A stretch of DNA of 64,000 bases from an archaeon (GTDB lineage: Archaea; AGJL01; Methanococci; Methanococcales; Methanocaldococcaceae), in NCBI GenBank assembly GCA_024278985.1, contig JAJRSC010000014.1:1-64000 (forward strand). Reading direction: 5' to 3'. Made by a program: the position numbers and the translations under genes. Shown piece by piece: positions 20,124 through 31,428 of this stretch. Position 1 is the first letter of the stretch; each line of letters starts with the position of its first letter. Under the pieces are notes generated by a model that saw only the letters and a program-made list of their open reading frames with translations, did no database searches and had not been told where the DNA came from.

Positions 20124-20321
20124 ATGGCTGTAAAAATAATTGTTGATAAAGATAAATGTATTGGCTGTGGAAAATGTTATGATGTGTGTGCAAAGGCCCC
20201 ACTAATCTGGAAGGTAGATGAAAATGGTAAATATTATGCGTACGATACAAAATATTGCCATAACTGTAAGTTATGTGCTGGAAGATGTCCCAAAGATGCA
20301 ATAAAAATTATTGTTTTATAA
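20124..20321 (+). CDS. fdxA: 2x[4Fe-4S] ferredoxin
   Basis: CIGCGKCYDVC and CHNCKLCAGRCP. Confidence 0.9.
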   Translation: MAVKIIVDKDKCIGCGKCYDVCAKAPLIWKVDENGKYYAYDTKYCHNCKLCAGRCPKDAIKIIVL

Positions 20322-20601
20322 TTTTCTTTTTAATATCATCTATATTAGCATCTAAGATTAATATAGTTTTTTGGCTACTTTTTTCTCCCTTGACAATTTT
20401 ACATTTCTTTTTAAATATTTCAAAAAAAAATTTTATAATTTCTTTATTTGCCTTACCATTTTTTGGAGGTGCTTTAATCTTTATAACTAACCTATTTCTC
20501 CACTCATCAACTTTAACAATTTCATTTTTTTTAGCATTTGGTTGAACTTCAATATCTAATAGTACTCCTTCCTTAGTCTCTCTTAGCATTTTTCCACTCA
20601 T
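20308..20601 (-). CDS. DUF167/UPF0235 (YggU) family protein
   Basis: VQPNAKKNEI...IKAPPKNGKANKEII...GEKSSQK. Confidence 0.88.
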   Translation of the reverse strand: MSGKMLRETKEGVLLDIEVQPNAKKNEIVKVDEWRNRLVIKIKAPPKNGKANKEIIKFFFEIFKKKCKIVKGEKSSQKTILILDANIDDIKKKIIKQ

Positions 20602-22039
20602 CTAATGGAATAGAATATTTTTTCTCATATATATCTCTATATATTAAATTATAAGAACAGAATGGAATAATTTTTCCATCAGGTAGGGCATAATGAATAC
20701 AGCATCTTTTAACTCTTTCAATATCAAAGTTATATTCATCCATAAAATGCATACATCCTATTAGTATCATTTTATGATGGAGCTTAACAACTTCACTATA
20801 ATCTCCTTTTAAAGCACCAACAATTAAATTTAAGAGTTCTTTAATATTAATGGACTGTGGTAGATATTTAAAGTCAATGAATTTTTTTATATTTATTAAT
20901 AATTCACCAGTTATTTTTAATTTACTTAACTTACCATCAATTTTATCAATATTTTCCTTAAGAAACTCTATAAATTCATCTACATTAAAGAATCTTGGTA
21001 AAGGAACAATTTTATCATTATCAAGAAATATATAGGTTGCTACTCCACAATAAGGATTACATGTTATTTTAGGTCTTTCTTTATTTGTAAGTTTCTCAAC
21101 AAAAAGAGCAATATAGCTCTCAATAGTAACAGGATAGAAATCTTCTTTTAATATTTCTCCATTAGTTTGTTCCTCAACCATTTTTATAAAATCTGGAATT
21201 GTAATTCTTCCATTTAATCTAATACTTTCCTCAACTCTACCAACAAAAGAAACTGGTTGAAAGTTTATTCCTCTAACAACATCAAAATTATTAACAGCAT
21301 AATTTATGATATCTCCAATTTCATTATCATTTACCCCTTTAACTAAAGTAGGGACTAAAACAACACCATTAAAATTTATCTCTCTACAATTTTTTATAAT
21401 TTTATCCTTTATAGGGAATAAATTTTTTCCTCTTGCTATAATGTATGGCTTTTCAGAGATTCCATCAAATTGTAAATAGATGGTATTTAATCCAACATCC
21501 TTTAATTTTTTTAAGTAATCAATATCCTTTAATTTTATACCATTTGTTGCTAGTTGTATATCTAAAAATCCTAAATCTTTTGCATATTTAATAATCTCAA
21601 ATAAATCATTTCTTACTGTTGGCTCACCTCCTGCAAACTGGATAAATCTTACTCCTCTTTTTTTGAGGTTATCTAAAATTTTTTTAATAGTATCTAAATC
21701 TGGCTCATATACAATTTTTGTTTTATTTGCATTGGCAAAACATATTGGACAGTTTAAATTACATCTATTTGTGACATCTATATTAACTAAAATACTATCT
21801 GATTTATGTCCATAACATAACCCACAACTAAAAGGACAATTATCATTATCATTATCATTTAAATCTATTTTATAATTTGAAAAATCTATTTTACTATCTC
21901 CCCAGTAAATATCTTTAAATGTTCCATGCTCATCACATTTTTTAATAATAACTAATTTATCATTCTCTTCAACAATTTCAGCAACTATTTTCTTTTTACA
22001 TATTGGACATATTGAATAAGTTTTCAAAATAATCACCAT
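20573..22039 (-). CDS. tes: Radical SAM tetraether lipid synthase (Tes / GDGT-macrocyclic archaeol synthase)
   Basis: N-terminal CPIC...KKCDEHG rubredoxin-like site, CPFSCGLC..H, CNLNCPIC (CxxxCxxC), GGEPT, C-terminal CCIHYALPDGKIIPFC. Adjacent to a DUF167 gene. Confidence 0.85.
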   Translation of the reverse strand: MVIILKTYSICPICKKKIVAEIVEENDKLVIIKKCDEHGTFKDIYWGDSKIDFSNYKIDLNDNDNDNCPFSCGLCYGHKSDSILVNIDVTNRCNLNCPICFANANKTKIVYEPDLDTIKKILDNLKKRGVRFIQFAGGEPTVRNDLFEIIKYAKDLGFLDIQLATNGIKLKDIDYLKKLKDVGLNTIYLQFDGISEKPYIIARGKNLFPIKDKIIKNCREINFNGVVLVPTLVKGVNDNEIGDIINYAVNNFDVVRGINFQPVSFVGRVEESIRLNGRITIPDFIKMVEEQTNGEILKEDFYPVTIESYIALFVEKLTNKERPKITCNPYCGVATYIFLDNDKIVPLPRFFNVDEFIEFLKENIDKIDGKLSKLKITGELLINIKKFIDFKYLPQSINIKELLNLIVGALKGDYSEVVKLHHKMILIGCMHFMDEYNFDIERVKRCCIHYALPDGKIIPFCSYNLIYRDIYEKKYSIPLDEWKNAKRD

Positions 22040-22137
22040 AAATATTTTATAAAATATTTTATTTTTGTTATAATATAATTAGTTAGTCTATATTTAATAT
22101 TATATAATATTCAATATGTTAATTAAGGTTAATAGTT

Positions 22138-22833
22138 ATGTTAGAGTATTATATTGGTTTAATTCTATTAACATTTGCAGTATATCAAGATATAAAAAGA
22201 AGAGAGATTGATGATATTATATCAATAGTCCTTATAATATTTGGACTTTTATTTGCCTTTTATAAATTTTTGATTTTTGGAAATCTTTATTATATTATTA
22301 TTTCTATTATTGGAGGAATTATCTGTTTTATTTTAGGTTATATAATGTTTTTATTTGGAGTTGGAGGTGCAGATGGAAAAATATTAACTGGTTTAGGAAT
22401 TTTAGTTCCAAAATACCATACTCCTATTTATACACCAATAGGGATATTATTATCTTATAAATATATCCCTACTTTCCCTCTTTTGGTACTAATTAATTCT
22501 TTATTTTTGTGTGTCTTATTACCATTTTATATATTTATAAAAAATATAATAAATGGAGTTAGACCAAAATCATTAAAAGAGTTTTTTTATATGTTTATTG
22601 CTGAAAGGAAGAAATTTAAGGATATAGGAGAATTTTGTATAATTTATGGTAAAGATAGGATTAATATTTTTAGAAGTTATGAAGACAATAAAAAAGAAAA
22701 GTATAATGATAATGATTTAGTTTGGATTTCTCCTGAAATACCCTTCATTTTGCCAATGTTTCTATCTTATATAATAACTCCTATAATTGGAGATTATATC
22801 TTATACTTAATATTAAAACCATTTTTAGGGTGA
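22138..22833 (+). CDS. A24-family prepilin/prearchaellin peptidase
   Basis: QDIKRREIDD, GGADGK, WISPEIPFILP and TM helices. Confidence 0.85.
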   Translation: MLEYYIGLILLTFAVYQDIKRREIDDIISIVLIIFGLLFAFYKFLIFGNLYYIIISIIGGIICFILGYIMFLFGVGGADGKILTGLGILVPKYHTPIYTPIGILLSYKYIPTFPLLVLINSLFLCVLLPFYIFIKNIINGVRPKSLKEFFYMFIAERKKFKDIGEFCIIYGKDRINIFRSYEDNKKEKYNDNDLVWISPEIPFILPMFLSYIITPIIGDYILYLILKPFLG

Positions 22834-22837
22834 ATAA

Positions 22838-24286
22838 ATGAATATATTGAGAGGAGGGAGGTTAAGTAATATTAAAGAAGATGTAGCAAGATATACAACA
22901 AGTTTAAATTTTGATAATTATATTTTTGAGGCAGATATCTTTTGTAATATGGCCCATGTTATTATGCTTTATGAGAGGGGTATTTTAAAAAAAGAAGAAG
23001 CTGAGAAAATAATTTTTGGACTAAAAAAAATATTAAATAATGGAATAAATAGCTTAAACTTAGACCCAACTTTAGATGATATACATATGGTTATTGAATC
23101 TGAATTAATAAAATTAGTTGGAGAAATAGCCAAAAAAATGCATACTGGGAAAAGTAGAAATGACCAGGTTGCAACTGATTTAAGATTAAAACTAAGAGAG
23201 GAAATATTAGAAATTTGTGGGCTTTTAATAGATATGCTAAGAGATATTTTAAATATAGCTAAGGAACATAAGGAAACTATAATGGTTGGATATACTCATT
23301 TACAACATGCTCAACCTATAACTTATGCCCATCTACTTTTAAATTATGTTTCATCTATTGAGAGGGACATTAACAGGTTGTTAGATACATATAAAAGAGT
23401 TAATCTCTCCCCTCTTGGTTCAGGTGCTTTAGCTACAACAGGTTTTAATATAGATAGAGAAAGAACTAAAGAACTTTTAGCTTTTGATGCCTTAATAGAA
23501 AATTCAATAGATGCTGTTTCATCAAGAGACTTTATTTTAGAAACATTATCTAACTTATCCATATTAGGAACAAACTTATCAAAAATCTGTGAGGAACTTA
23601 TTATATTTTCAACCTATGAATTTGGAATAATAGAGATTGCTGATGAATATTCTTCAACATCTTCAATTATGCCACAAAAAAAGAACCCTGATGTTGCTGA
23701 AATAGCAAGGGCTAAACTTTGTAAAATAAATGGGAATTTAATAACAACCTTGACAATTTTAAAAGCCCTTCCAAATGCATATAACAGAGATTTACAAGAA
23801 GTTACTCCAAACTTATGGGAATCAATAGAGATAATTAAAGATACTATAAAAATGGTTCACGGAATGTTAATAACTTTAAAAATTAATAAGGAGAGAATGG
23901 AAGAATTGGCTAAATCTAATTATTCAACAGCCACAGAATTGGCAGATACTTTAGTAAGGGAGTTAAATATTCCATTTAGAACAGCTCATAATATTGTTGG
24001 AGAGGCAGTAAAGAAAAGTATAGAAGAAGGGAGAGATATAAAAGATGTGATAAAAGAAATATTAAATAAATATAATTTAAAATTAGATGATAAAGTAATA
24101 GAAAAAGCTTTAGATGTTCATGAAAATGTTAAGGTTAGAGATAAAATAGGAGGTCCTTCACCAAAAGAGGTTGAAAAAAGGATACTGTCATTTTCTAAGA
24201 GATTAGAAGAATATAATAAAATTGTTAATGAAAAAAGAAATAAAATATCTGAATCTAAGAAAAAACTTTTAAATTATTTTGAGTGA
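22838..24286 (+). CDS. argH: Argininosuccinate lyase
   Basis: HTGKSRNDQVATD, GYTHLQHAQP, SSIMPQKKNPD. Confidence 0.96.
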   Translation: MNILRGGRLSNIKEDVARYTTSLNFDNYIFEADIFCNMAHVIMLYERGILKKEEAEKIIFGLKKILNNGINSLNLDPTLDDIHMVIESELIKLVGEIAKKMHTGKSRNDQVATDLRLKLREEILEICGLLIDMLRDILNIAKEHKETIMVGYTHLQHAQPITYAHLLLNYVSSIERDINRLLDTYKRVNLSPLGSGALATTGFNIDRERTKELLAFDALIENSIDAVSSRDFILETLSNLSILGTNLSKICEELIIFSTYEFGIIEIADEYSSTSSIMPQKKNPDVAEIARAKLCKINGNLITTLTILKALPNAYNRDLQEVTPNLWESIEIIKDTIKMVHGMLITLKINKERMEELAKSNYSTATELADTLVRELNIPFRTAHNIVGEAVKKSIEEGRDIKDVIKEILNKYNLKLDDKVIEKALDVHENVKVRDKIGGPSPKEVEKRILSFSKRLEEYNKIVNEKRNKISESKKKLLNYFE

Positions 24287-25335
24287 TTAAAATGATATTT
24301 CATCCAAGACCTTCACCAATAGCTGCTGCTATGTATCAATTAAGAGATTTAGGAGTAGATGGGATTATAATACATGGTCCATCTGGCTGCTGTTTTAGGA
24401 CTGCAAGATTATTAGAAATGGATGGAGTAAGAGTTTTTACATCAGGAATAAGTGAAGATAATGTAATTTTTGGGGCTGAGAAAAATTTAAGGGAAGTTTT
24501 AGATTATGCCATCTCTTACATCAAAAAAGAAAATCCAATTATTGGAATTGTTGGGACATGTGCAAGTATGATTATAGGAGAAGATATTTGGAGCATTGCT
24601 GAAGATTATAAAAATGCAACAATTATACCTGTTGAAGTTTATGGAGGTTATGAAGATAATACTGTTGGGGCTATAAAAGTTATGGAATCTGCCTTAAAAA
24701 TTGGATTAATTGATGAAGATGAATATAATAGGCAAGTGTATTTATTAAAAAAAGCAACAGAATTAGAAAAAAAGAGAGGAATGGCTAAAGATAAGTATAT
24801 TAAACCTTGTTATGATGATGACTTAAAAGAAGTTTTAAAGATATTAAAAGATGCTAAAGAGGATAACCTAAAAGTTGCATGTGTGTTAAATGCTAAAAAA
24901 GAAACTGCTTATTTGTTTGTTCATCCATTGATAGTTTTAAATGAAATATTTAACTGTATAAATATTGGTAATTTAAACAAAAGTAAAGGACTACCTAAAA
25001 TAAAAAAAGATGCTGAAAATATATTAAAGAGATTTAAACCTGATTATATAGTTGGAGGTTTAGATGAATATCCCATAACAGGAGAAAAAATTGTTAATAT
25101 TTTAAAAAAGGAAAATGTAGATATAGCAGTAGTTACAGGCATTCCTCATGCTCTACCTATTGAAAATCTTGATATTGTAAAAATAGCAGTATCTGATGGT
25201 CCAAGAACATACTATCCTATAAAGGAAATATATGATTATGCTATTGTAGAGTTAGATGCTCATGCTAAAGTTTTAGGTAAAAGGGATGTTGTAAAATCAA
25301 GATTTGGAGAAGTTTTAGAGATAGCATTAAAATAA
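24283..25335 (+). CDS. cfbD: Ni-sirohydrochlorin a,c-diamide reductive cyclase catalytic subunit (coenzyme F430 synthesis)
   Basis: HPRPSPIAAAMYQLRDL, HGPSGCCF, GTCASMIIGED, GGLDEYP, ELDAH (NifD-like). Confidence 0.93.
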   Translation: MIKMIFHPRPSPIAAAMYQLRDLGVDGIIIHGPSGCCFRTARLLEMDGVRVFTSGISEDNVIFGAEKNLREVLDYAISYIKKENPIIGIVGTCASMIIGEDIWSIAEDYKNATIIPVEVYGGYEDNTVGAIKVMESALKIGLIDEDEYNRQVYLLKKATELEKKRGMAKDKYIKPCYDDDLKEVLKILKDAKEDNLKVACVLNAKKETAYLFVHPLIVLNEIFNCINIGNLNKSKGLPKIKKDAENILKRFKPDYIVGGLDEYPITGEKIVNILKKENVDIAVVTGIPHALPIENLDIVKIAVSDGPRTYYPIKEIYDYAIVELDAHAKVLGKRDVVKSRFGEVLEIALK

Positions 25336-25350
25336 TTTGGTGACTTTAAT

Positions 25351-26742
25351 ATGATTTTAAAGCAGATTAATCAAGATAATATTTCTCCTCTTGAAGTTTA
25401 TAAAAATATATTAGATAAGAATACTTTTCTTTTAGAATCTGCTGAACTAACTAAAGAGGCAAGATATTCAATATTAGGAAAAGCTGAGGGTAAGGTTATT
25501 TTTAAAAATGGAAAATTAAAAATAGAAAGCTATTCTGATTTTGGAGATTTAGCTAAAGATTTAGAAGGAAAATATGAATGTCCTTTAGATGCATTAAGAG
25601 ATGTAAAAAATATTTGTTGTTTAGATGTTAAAAAAATAAATCCATATCCAAGATTTAAAGGAGGGTTAATAGGTTATCTAAGTTATGATATTGTAAGATA
25701 TTGGATAGAGTTAGATAAAATTACTGATGATTTAAAATTTCCTGATGCTGAATTTTTTATAGTAAAAGACTTTATAAGTTTTGATTTAAAAGAAAAAAAA
25801 ATAAATTTAATCTCTGATAGTAATGAGGGAATAAAAGAACTAAAAAAATATTTATATATTAATAAAAAAGAAGATACCAATTTAGAGATTAAAAATATAA
25901 ATAGTAATACATCAAAAGAAGAGTTTATAAATGCTGTTGAAAAAGCAAAAGAATACATTTTTGCAGGAGATATTTTTCAGGTTGTTTTATCGAGAAGAAT
26001 TGATGCAGAATTTAAAGGAAATGCATTTGCTATTTATGAAAAGTTGAGGGCTATTAATCCCTCTCCTTATATGTATTACTTAGATTTTGGAGATAGGAAA
26101 ATTATTGGTTCTTCTCCTGAAATACTGGTTAGGACAGAATATAAAAATAATAAAAAATATGTAATAACAAGACCAATTGCTGGAACTATAAGAAGAGGAA
26201 AAGATGAAGAAGAGGATAAACAACTTGAAAAAATTTTATTGAGTGATGAAAAGGAGAGAGCTGAGCATGTTATGCTTGTTGATTTAGCAAGGAATGATAT
26301 AGGAAAAATATCAAAATTTGGAACTGTTAAGGTAACTGATTTTATGACTATTGAAAAATATTCTCATGTTCAGCATATAGTAAGTAATGTTATTGGAGAA
26401 CTTAAAGACAAATATGACTCTTTTTTAGCTGTTAAGGCAACATTTCCAGCTGGAACATTAAGTGGAGCCCCAAAAGTTAGAGCAATGGAAATAATTAATG
26501 AATTAGAAAAAAGTAAAAGAGGTCCATATGGTGGAGGTGTTGGATATTTTGGTTGGGATGATGTTATGGATTTAGCTATAACTATAAGAACCTTCACATT
26601 AAATAAATCTAAACTATCTCTTCAAGTAGGTGCTGGAATAGTTGCTGATTCCATTCCTGAGAAAGAATGGGAAGAAACTGAAAGGAAGGGTATGGCAAAT
26701 ATGAAAGCTATTGAGGGGATTGTAAATGATGATAGTATATAG
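25351..26742 (+). CDS. trpE: Anthranilate synthase component I
   Basis: [61 protein letters not shown]. Confidence 0.95.
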   Translation: MILKQINQDNISPLEVYKNILDKNTFLLESAELTKEARYSILGKAEGKVIFKNGKLKIESYSDFGDLAKDLEGKYECPLDALRDVKNICCLDVKKINPYPRFKGGLIGYLSYDIVRYWIELDKITDDLKFPDAEFFIVKDFISFDLKEKKINLISDSNEGIKELKKYLYINKKEDTNLEIKNINSNTSKEEFINAVEKAKEYIFAGDIFQVVLSRRIDAEFKGNAFAIYEKLRAINPSPYMYYLDFGDRKIIGSSPEILVRTEYKNNKKYVITRPIAGTIRRGKDEEEDKQLEKILLSDEKERAEHVMLVDLARNDIGKISKFGTVKVTDFMTIEKYSHVQHIVSNVIGELKDKYDSFLAVKATFPAGTLSGAPKVRAMEIINELEKSKRGPYGGGVGYFGWDDVMDLAITIRTFTLNKSKLSLQVGAGIVADSIPEKEWEETERKGMANMKAIEGIVNDDSI

Positions 26743-28267
26743 AGAAGAAAATGAATTAATTAAAAAAGTACTAAAAGATTTAAATCTTCCAGATAGAGTT
26801 TATATATTTGATACAACACTAAGAGATGGAGAACAAACTCCTGGAGTTTCATTAACTATTGATGAAAAGGTAGAAATTGCTAAAAAATTAGATGAGTTAG
26901 GTGTGGATGTCATTGAGGCTGGTTTTCCTGTTTCATCAGTTGGAGAAAAGGAGGCAATAAAAAAGATTGTCAAAGAAAATTTAAATGCTGAAATATGTGG
27001 ATTGGCAAGAGCTGTTAAAAAGGATATTGATGTGGCTATTGAGTGTGAAGTTGATAGAATACACACATTTATAGCTACTTCACCACTTCATAGAAAATAT
27101 AAATTAAAAATGAATAAAGAGGAAATAATAAATAAAGCAGTTGAAGCTATTGAATATATTAAAGAACATGGAATTAAAGTAGAATTCTCTGCAGAAGATG
27201 CTACAAGGACAGAATTAGATTATTTAAAAGAAGTATATAAAAAAGCAATAGAAGCAGGAGCAGATATAATTAATGTGCCTGATACTGTTGGAGTAATGAT
27301 TCCAAGAGCTATGTACTATTTAATTAGTGAGCTTAGTAAAGACATTAAAAACATCTCTGTCCATTGTCATAATGATTTTGGTTTAGCAGTTGCTAATTCC
27401 TTGGCAGGAGTTGAAGGAGGAGCTATACAAATCCATTGTACTATAAATGGATTAGGAGAAAGAGGTGGAAATGCTGCATTAGAAGAGGTAGTAATGGGAC
27501 TAATGTCATTATATGGAATAAAAACAAATATTAAAACTGAACTACTATATGAGATATCTCAATTAGTTGCTAAATATACTGAAATAAAACCACAACCTAA
27601 TAAGGCAATAGTTGGAGATAATGCCTTTGCTCATGAAAGTGGAATACATGCACATGGGGTTTTAGCACATGCCTTAACATATGAACCAATACCTCCAGAG
27701 GTTGTAGGGCAAAAGAGAAGAATGATTTTAGGAAAACATACAGGAACTCATGCAATTGAAGCAAAATTAAAAGAATTAGGAATAACTGATTTAAGTGAAG
27801 AACAATTTAATGAAATAGTTAAAAGAATAAAGGCATTGGGAGATAAGGGTAAAAGGGTTACAGATAAGGATGTTGAGGCAATAGTTTCTGATGTTGTTGG
27901 AAAAGTTCCAAGAGATGAGAGAGTTGTTGAACTTAACTATATTGGAGTATTTACTGGGGATAAGATAATTCCAACGGCTTCAGTTGCTTTAAAAGTTAAT
28001 GATGATATTATAAAGACGTCAGCTATTGGTGTTGGTCCAGTAGATGCTGCTGTTAAGGCAATACAAAAGGCATTAGGAGAAAAAATAAAGATTAAAGAGT
28101 ATCATATTGATGCTATAACAGGAGGTACTGATGCATTGGCAGAGGTTGTTGTAACTTTGGAAGGATTTGGAAAAGAAGTAACTACAAAATCAGTAAGAGA
28201 GGATATTGTTAGGGCAAGTGTTGAGGCAGTTATTGATGGAATAAATAAAATTCTATCAAAAAAGTGA
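26726..28267 (+). CDS. leuA: 2-isopropylmalate synthase
   Basis: [32 protein letters not shown] and a C-terminal regulatory domain (GVGPVDA). The N-terminal IVYREEN extension resembles Methanococcales LeuA rather than CimA or AksA. Confidence 0.85.
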   Translation: MMIVYREENELIKKVLKDLNLPDRVYIFDTTLRDGEQTPGVSLTIDEKVEIAKKLDELGVDVIEAGFPVSSVGEKEAIKKIVKENLNAEICGLARAVKKDIDVAIECEVDRIHTFIATSPLHRKYKLKMNKEEIINKAVEAIEYIKEHGIKVEFSAEDATRTELDYLKEVYKKAIEAGADIINVPDTVGVMIPRAMYYLISELSKDIKNISVHCHNDFGLAVANSLAGVEGGAIQIHCTINGLGERGGNAALEEVVMGLMSLYGIKTNIKTELLYEISQLVAKYTEIKPQPNKAIVGDNAFAHESGIHAHGVLAHALTYEPIPPEVVGQKRRMILGKHTGTHAIEAKLKELGITDLSEEQFNEIVKRIKALGDKGKRVTDKDVEAIVSDVVGKVPRDERVVELNYIGVFTGDKIIPTASVALKVNDDIIKTSAIGVGPVDAAVKAIQKALGEKIKIKEYHIDAITGGTDALAEVVVTLEGFGKEVTTKSVREDIVRASVEAVIDGINKILSKK

Positions 28268-28272
28268 AGTAA

Positions 28273-29124
28273 ATGGAATTTTCTGAATGGACTAAAGAAA
28301 AAAGGAAGTTAAATAGTTTAGAAGAATTAAAAAAGGATATTATAGAACAATTAAATGAGATTAATGAGAAGGAAGCTATAGCTATGGTAAGTGGTGGAAA
28401 AGATAGTTCATTAGCTGTTGCCTTGTCTTTAGATGTTGGAGTTAAAATAAAATATTTAGTTCATTTTTATCATAAATGGAGTTGGAATATTGCCAAAAAA
28501 AATGTTGAAAATCTTTCTAAGAGATTTAATATTCCTGTTATATATATTGATATGACTGAGGAACTTTTAAAGAGAATTAGAGGGGCTTATGGTTCGGGAA
28601 TCTGTAGAATATGTAAAAATATAATGAAAGATTTTACTGCAGATATTGCTAAAAAAGAGGGAATTAAATTAATTATAACAGGAGATACTGCATTAGAAAG
28701 AGTTTCTGGAGCTATAATGAACTATTTAAGAGAAAAATATGGAGAAGTAATTTACAACAAAATGGAAATTACTCCTGTCCCAAAAAAATATAAACTTCTA
28801 TTTTTTAGACCTCTTATAAGAGTTGGATATAGTGATATTTTGAAATTGTTGGATTATTACAATATAAAAGTTGAAAAAGCTTATGAAGTTGGAGATAGAA
28901 GTTTCTGGAGAGAAGGCTGTTGTTTGCAGTATGCAGATGAATCTACTCCCCTATCAAAAGAGTTATTTGATGAACTTTATAAATATAATAAAATAGTTAC
29001 ATCAATAGCTAAAAAATATGGATTTAGGGCTTCAATAAAATTACCTTCTAAAACTATATTAACTGTTCCAGATGATGAGAAATATAAAGAATTAATTAAA
29101 AATGAACTTAAAAAATTGTGTTAG
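28273..29124 (+). CDS. PP-loop ATPase (adenine nucleotide alpha-hydrolase superfamily), function unknown
   Basis: SGGKDS PP-loop, CRIC, FRPL, GCC. Confidence 0.75.
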   Translation: MEFSEWTKEKRKLNSLEELKKDIIEQLNEINEKEAIAMVSGGKDSSLAVALSLDVGVKIKYLVHFYHKWSWNIAKKNVENLSKRFNIPVIYIDMTEELLKRIRGAYGSGICRICKNIMKDFTADIAKKEGIKLIITGDTALERVSGAIMNYLREKYGEVIYNKMEITPVPKKYKLLFFRPLIRVGYSDILKLLDYYNIKVEKAYEVGDRSFWREGCCLQYADESTPLSKELFDELYKYNKIVTSIAKKYGFRASIKLPSKTILTVPDDEKYKELIKNELKKLC

Positions 29125-29162
29125 ATAACCATTTTAAATAATCATTATTATATTATTTTAAT

Positions 29163-29198
29163 GTATTTAGCTCAATACTATTTTATTTTTTGGTTTTA
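29163..29198. repeat. Dispersed intergenic repeat, copy B (contains GTAT-N8-ATAC)
   Basis: 34/36 identical to the reverse complement of 6592-6627; similarity extends about 15 nt further. Confidence 0.75.
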
Positions 29199-29246
29199 TA
29201 ATTGAATAATATGGATGCTATTATAATTTAATATCTGATGTGAGCT

Positions 29247-29888
29247 ATGAAAGAGATTAAAGAATTTTATGATAAATGGGATTTAAGTAATGCTCCAAGG
29301 TATATAAAAATTTTAATTAATTATGCTGATTCTTTGATTAGAGAGGAAATAAAGGATAAAGTTGAGGGTTTTATTTTAGATGCTGGAACAGGTTTTGGGG
29401 CTTTTTATGATATACTAAAAGATAAAGAAGTTATTTATTTGGATATATCATTAAATTTATTAAAAAAACATAAGGGAGATAAAAAGATATGTGCTAATCT
29501 TTATTATCTTCCTTTTAAAAATAATTGTTTTGATACTGTTCTATGTATAAATGTGCTTGAACACTTAGATTTAAAGGTTGTTGATGAACTTTTAAGAGTT
29601 TTAAAACCAAATGGTAAGTTAATTATTGTAGGAATTAATAGGGATAGTATTATTAAAGAGGAAATTTTTAATGTTTTTCCAATATATCATAAACCTATAT
29701 CAATAAAAGATTTTAAAAACTACAAAATAGTATATAAAAAAAGTTTTTATTTTGTTCCATCATTTTTTAAAATTATCCCATTTTTGGATAAATTTTTATT
29801 TAGGTTTTGGAAAAGAATTGATAAATTTTTATCAAAATATTCCATGAGAGGAGAATATATTATTTTAATAATAGAAAAGGAGGAATAA
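29247..29888 (+). CDS. Class I SAM-dependent methyltransferase
   Basis: ILDAGTGFG, LDIS, LPFKNNCFD, VLEHL, RVLKPNG. Confidence 0.9.
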   Translation: MKEIKEFYDKWDLSNAPRYIKILINYADSLIREEIKDKVEGFILDAGTGFGAFYDILKDKEVIYLDISLNLLKKHKGDKKICANLYYLPFKNNCFDTVLCINVLEHLDLKVVDELLRVLKPNGKLIIVGINRDSIIKEEIFNVFPIYHKPISIKDFKNYKIVYKKSFYFVPSFFKIIPFLDKFLFRFWKRIDKFLSKYSMRGEYIILIIEKEE

Positions 29889-29889
29889 T

Positions 29890-30537
29890 ATGCCTAAATT
29901 AATGCTTGCCTTAGATGTTGAAGATATAGAAAAAGCTAAAAAAATAGTTAAAGAAACCTTGCCCTATATTGATGCTATAAAAGTTGGATATCCTTTAATT
30001 CTACCCTATGGGATTAAGGTTATTGAAGAGATAAAAAAAATATCTAACAAAGAGATTATATGTGATTTTAAACTTGCTGATATTCCTTCAACAAATGAAA
30101 AGATTGCTAAGATTGCCCTAAAATATGGTGATGGAATTATAGTTCATGGATTTGTTGGGGAAGATTCAATAAAAGCAGTCTTAAATGTATCTAAAGGAAA
30201 AAAGGTATTTTTAGTTACTGAAATGAGTCATGAAGGTGCTAAAAAATATTTACAACCTATATCTAATGTATTAGCTTTATTGGCTAAAAAATTAAATCTC
30301 TCTGGAATAGTAGCCCCATCAACAAGACCAGAAAGATTAAAAGAATTAAAAAATCTTTCATCTCTACCAGTTATTACTCCAGGTGTTGGAGCTCAGGGTG
30401 GAAAGATAGAGGATATTATTGATATTTTAGATAATGATGATTACGTTATAATTGGGAGAGCAATATACAACTCTAAAAACCCAAAAGAGGCTGCTAAAAA
30501 ATATAAGGAGATACTAAATGCTAAAAAACATTCTTAA
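29890..30537 (+). CDS. pyrF: Orotidine 5'-phosphate decarboxylase
   Basis: LALD, IKVG, DFKLADIPSTN, TPGVGAQGG, IIGRAIY. Confidence 0.95.
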   Translation: MPKLMLALDVEDIEKAKKIVKETLPYIDAIKVGYPLILPYGIKVIEEIKKISNKEIICDFKLADIPSTNEKIAKIALKYGDGIIVHGFVGEDSIKAVLNVSKGKKVFLVTEMSHEGAKKYLQPISNVLALLAKKLNLSGIVAPSTRPERLKELKNLSSLPVITPGVGAQGGKIEDIIDILDNDDYVIIGRAIYNSKNPKEAAKKYKEILNAKKHS

Positions 30538-31150
30538 GGGACAAGTGGATAGAGAAATTATAACTCAAATCTATGGCTTACCAGGAACAGGAAAAACAAA
30601 TATTTGTATAATCAGCTCTATAAATTTTATTAAAAATGGAGGAAAAGTTGTTTATGTAGATACTGAAGGAGGTCTATCAATAAAAAGAATCTTACAAATA
30701 GAAAATAATCACAAAATTTTAGAAAATCTTTTAGTTTATAATGTATATGATTTCTATGAGCAAAATGATATAATAACTAAAGAACTACCTAAATTAGTAA
30801 AAGATATAGATTTAATAGTTGTTGATAATATAACATCACTATATAAATTGGAGTTAAGTGATAGCTCATCAAAAAATATAACTTTAAATAGAATCTTAGG
30901 AAATCAAGTTAGATGCTTATTAAAAATGGCTAAAATAAATAATTTAGCTGTTGTTATAACAAACCAAGTAAGTGAAACAATAAATGGATTAGAGGCATCA
31001 GGAGGGAATTTATTGGAGTATTGGAGTAAATGTATTGTAAGATTAGAAAAAACTAATAATGAGAGATGGGCATATTTAGAAAAGCATCTATATGCTCCAG
31101 AGCAAAAAATAAAATTTAAAATAGTAAATAAAGGTATTGAGATATTATAA
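30518..31150 (+). CDS. radB: DNA repair and recombination protein RadB
   Basis: ITQIYGLPGTGKT, YVDTEGG, ITNQV, LEKH; lacks the RadA N-terminal domain. Confidence 0.92.
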   Translation: MLKNILKGQVDREIITQIYGLPGTGKTNICIISSINFIKNGGKVVYVDTEGGLSIKRILQIENNHKILENLLVYNVYDFYEQNDIITKELPKLVKDIDLIVVDNITSLYKLELSDSSSKNITLNRILGNQVRCLLKMAKINNLAVVITNQVSETINGLEASGGNLLEYWSKCIVRLEKTNNERWAYLEKHLYAPEQKIKFKIVNKGIEIL

Positions 31151-31428
31151 TATTAATAATTTTTGTTTTTATACTATAAAGGTATTGGAATACTCAAACT
31201 CATTAAATTACCATATTCAGGGATAATTAATATCCTATTTTTTTGATTTTAACAAGAAAACAATTTTACGTATTTAGTATTAAATTCGATACGGTAATTA
31301 GATAGATAAAAAGTTTCATGATGTTCTATAACTGGATGAAATCATTTAACTTGAGTAATAGATAAAATTAAATAATTCTAAATATCTTTTTAGGTATATA
31401 CTAATATTATTATGTTTAGGGTGATACA

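Noticed and set aside
31170-31240. Minus-strand peptide IIPEYGNLMSLSIPIPL* resembling a PEF-CTERM sorting-signal remnant
   Set aside because: Too short and degenerate, with no upstream ORF or full TM segment.
31317-31356. Possible C/D-box sRNA (atgatg...gatgaa...ttga)
   Set aside because: The boxes deviate from RUGAUGA/CUGA and the guide regions are AT-rich.
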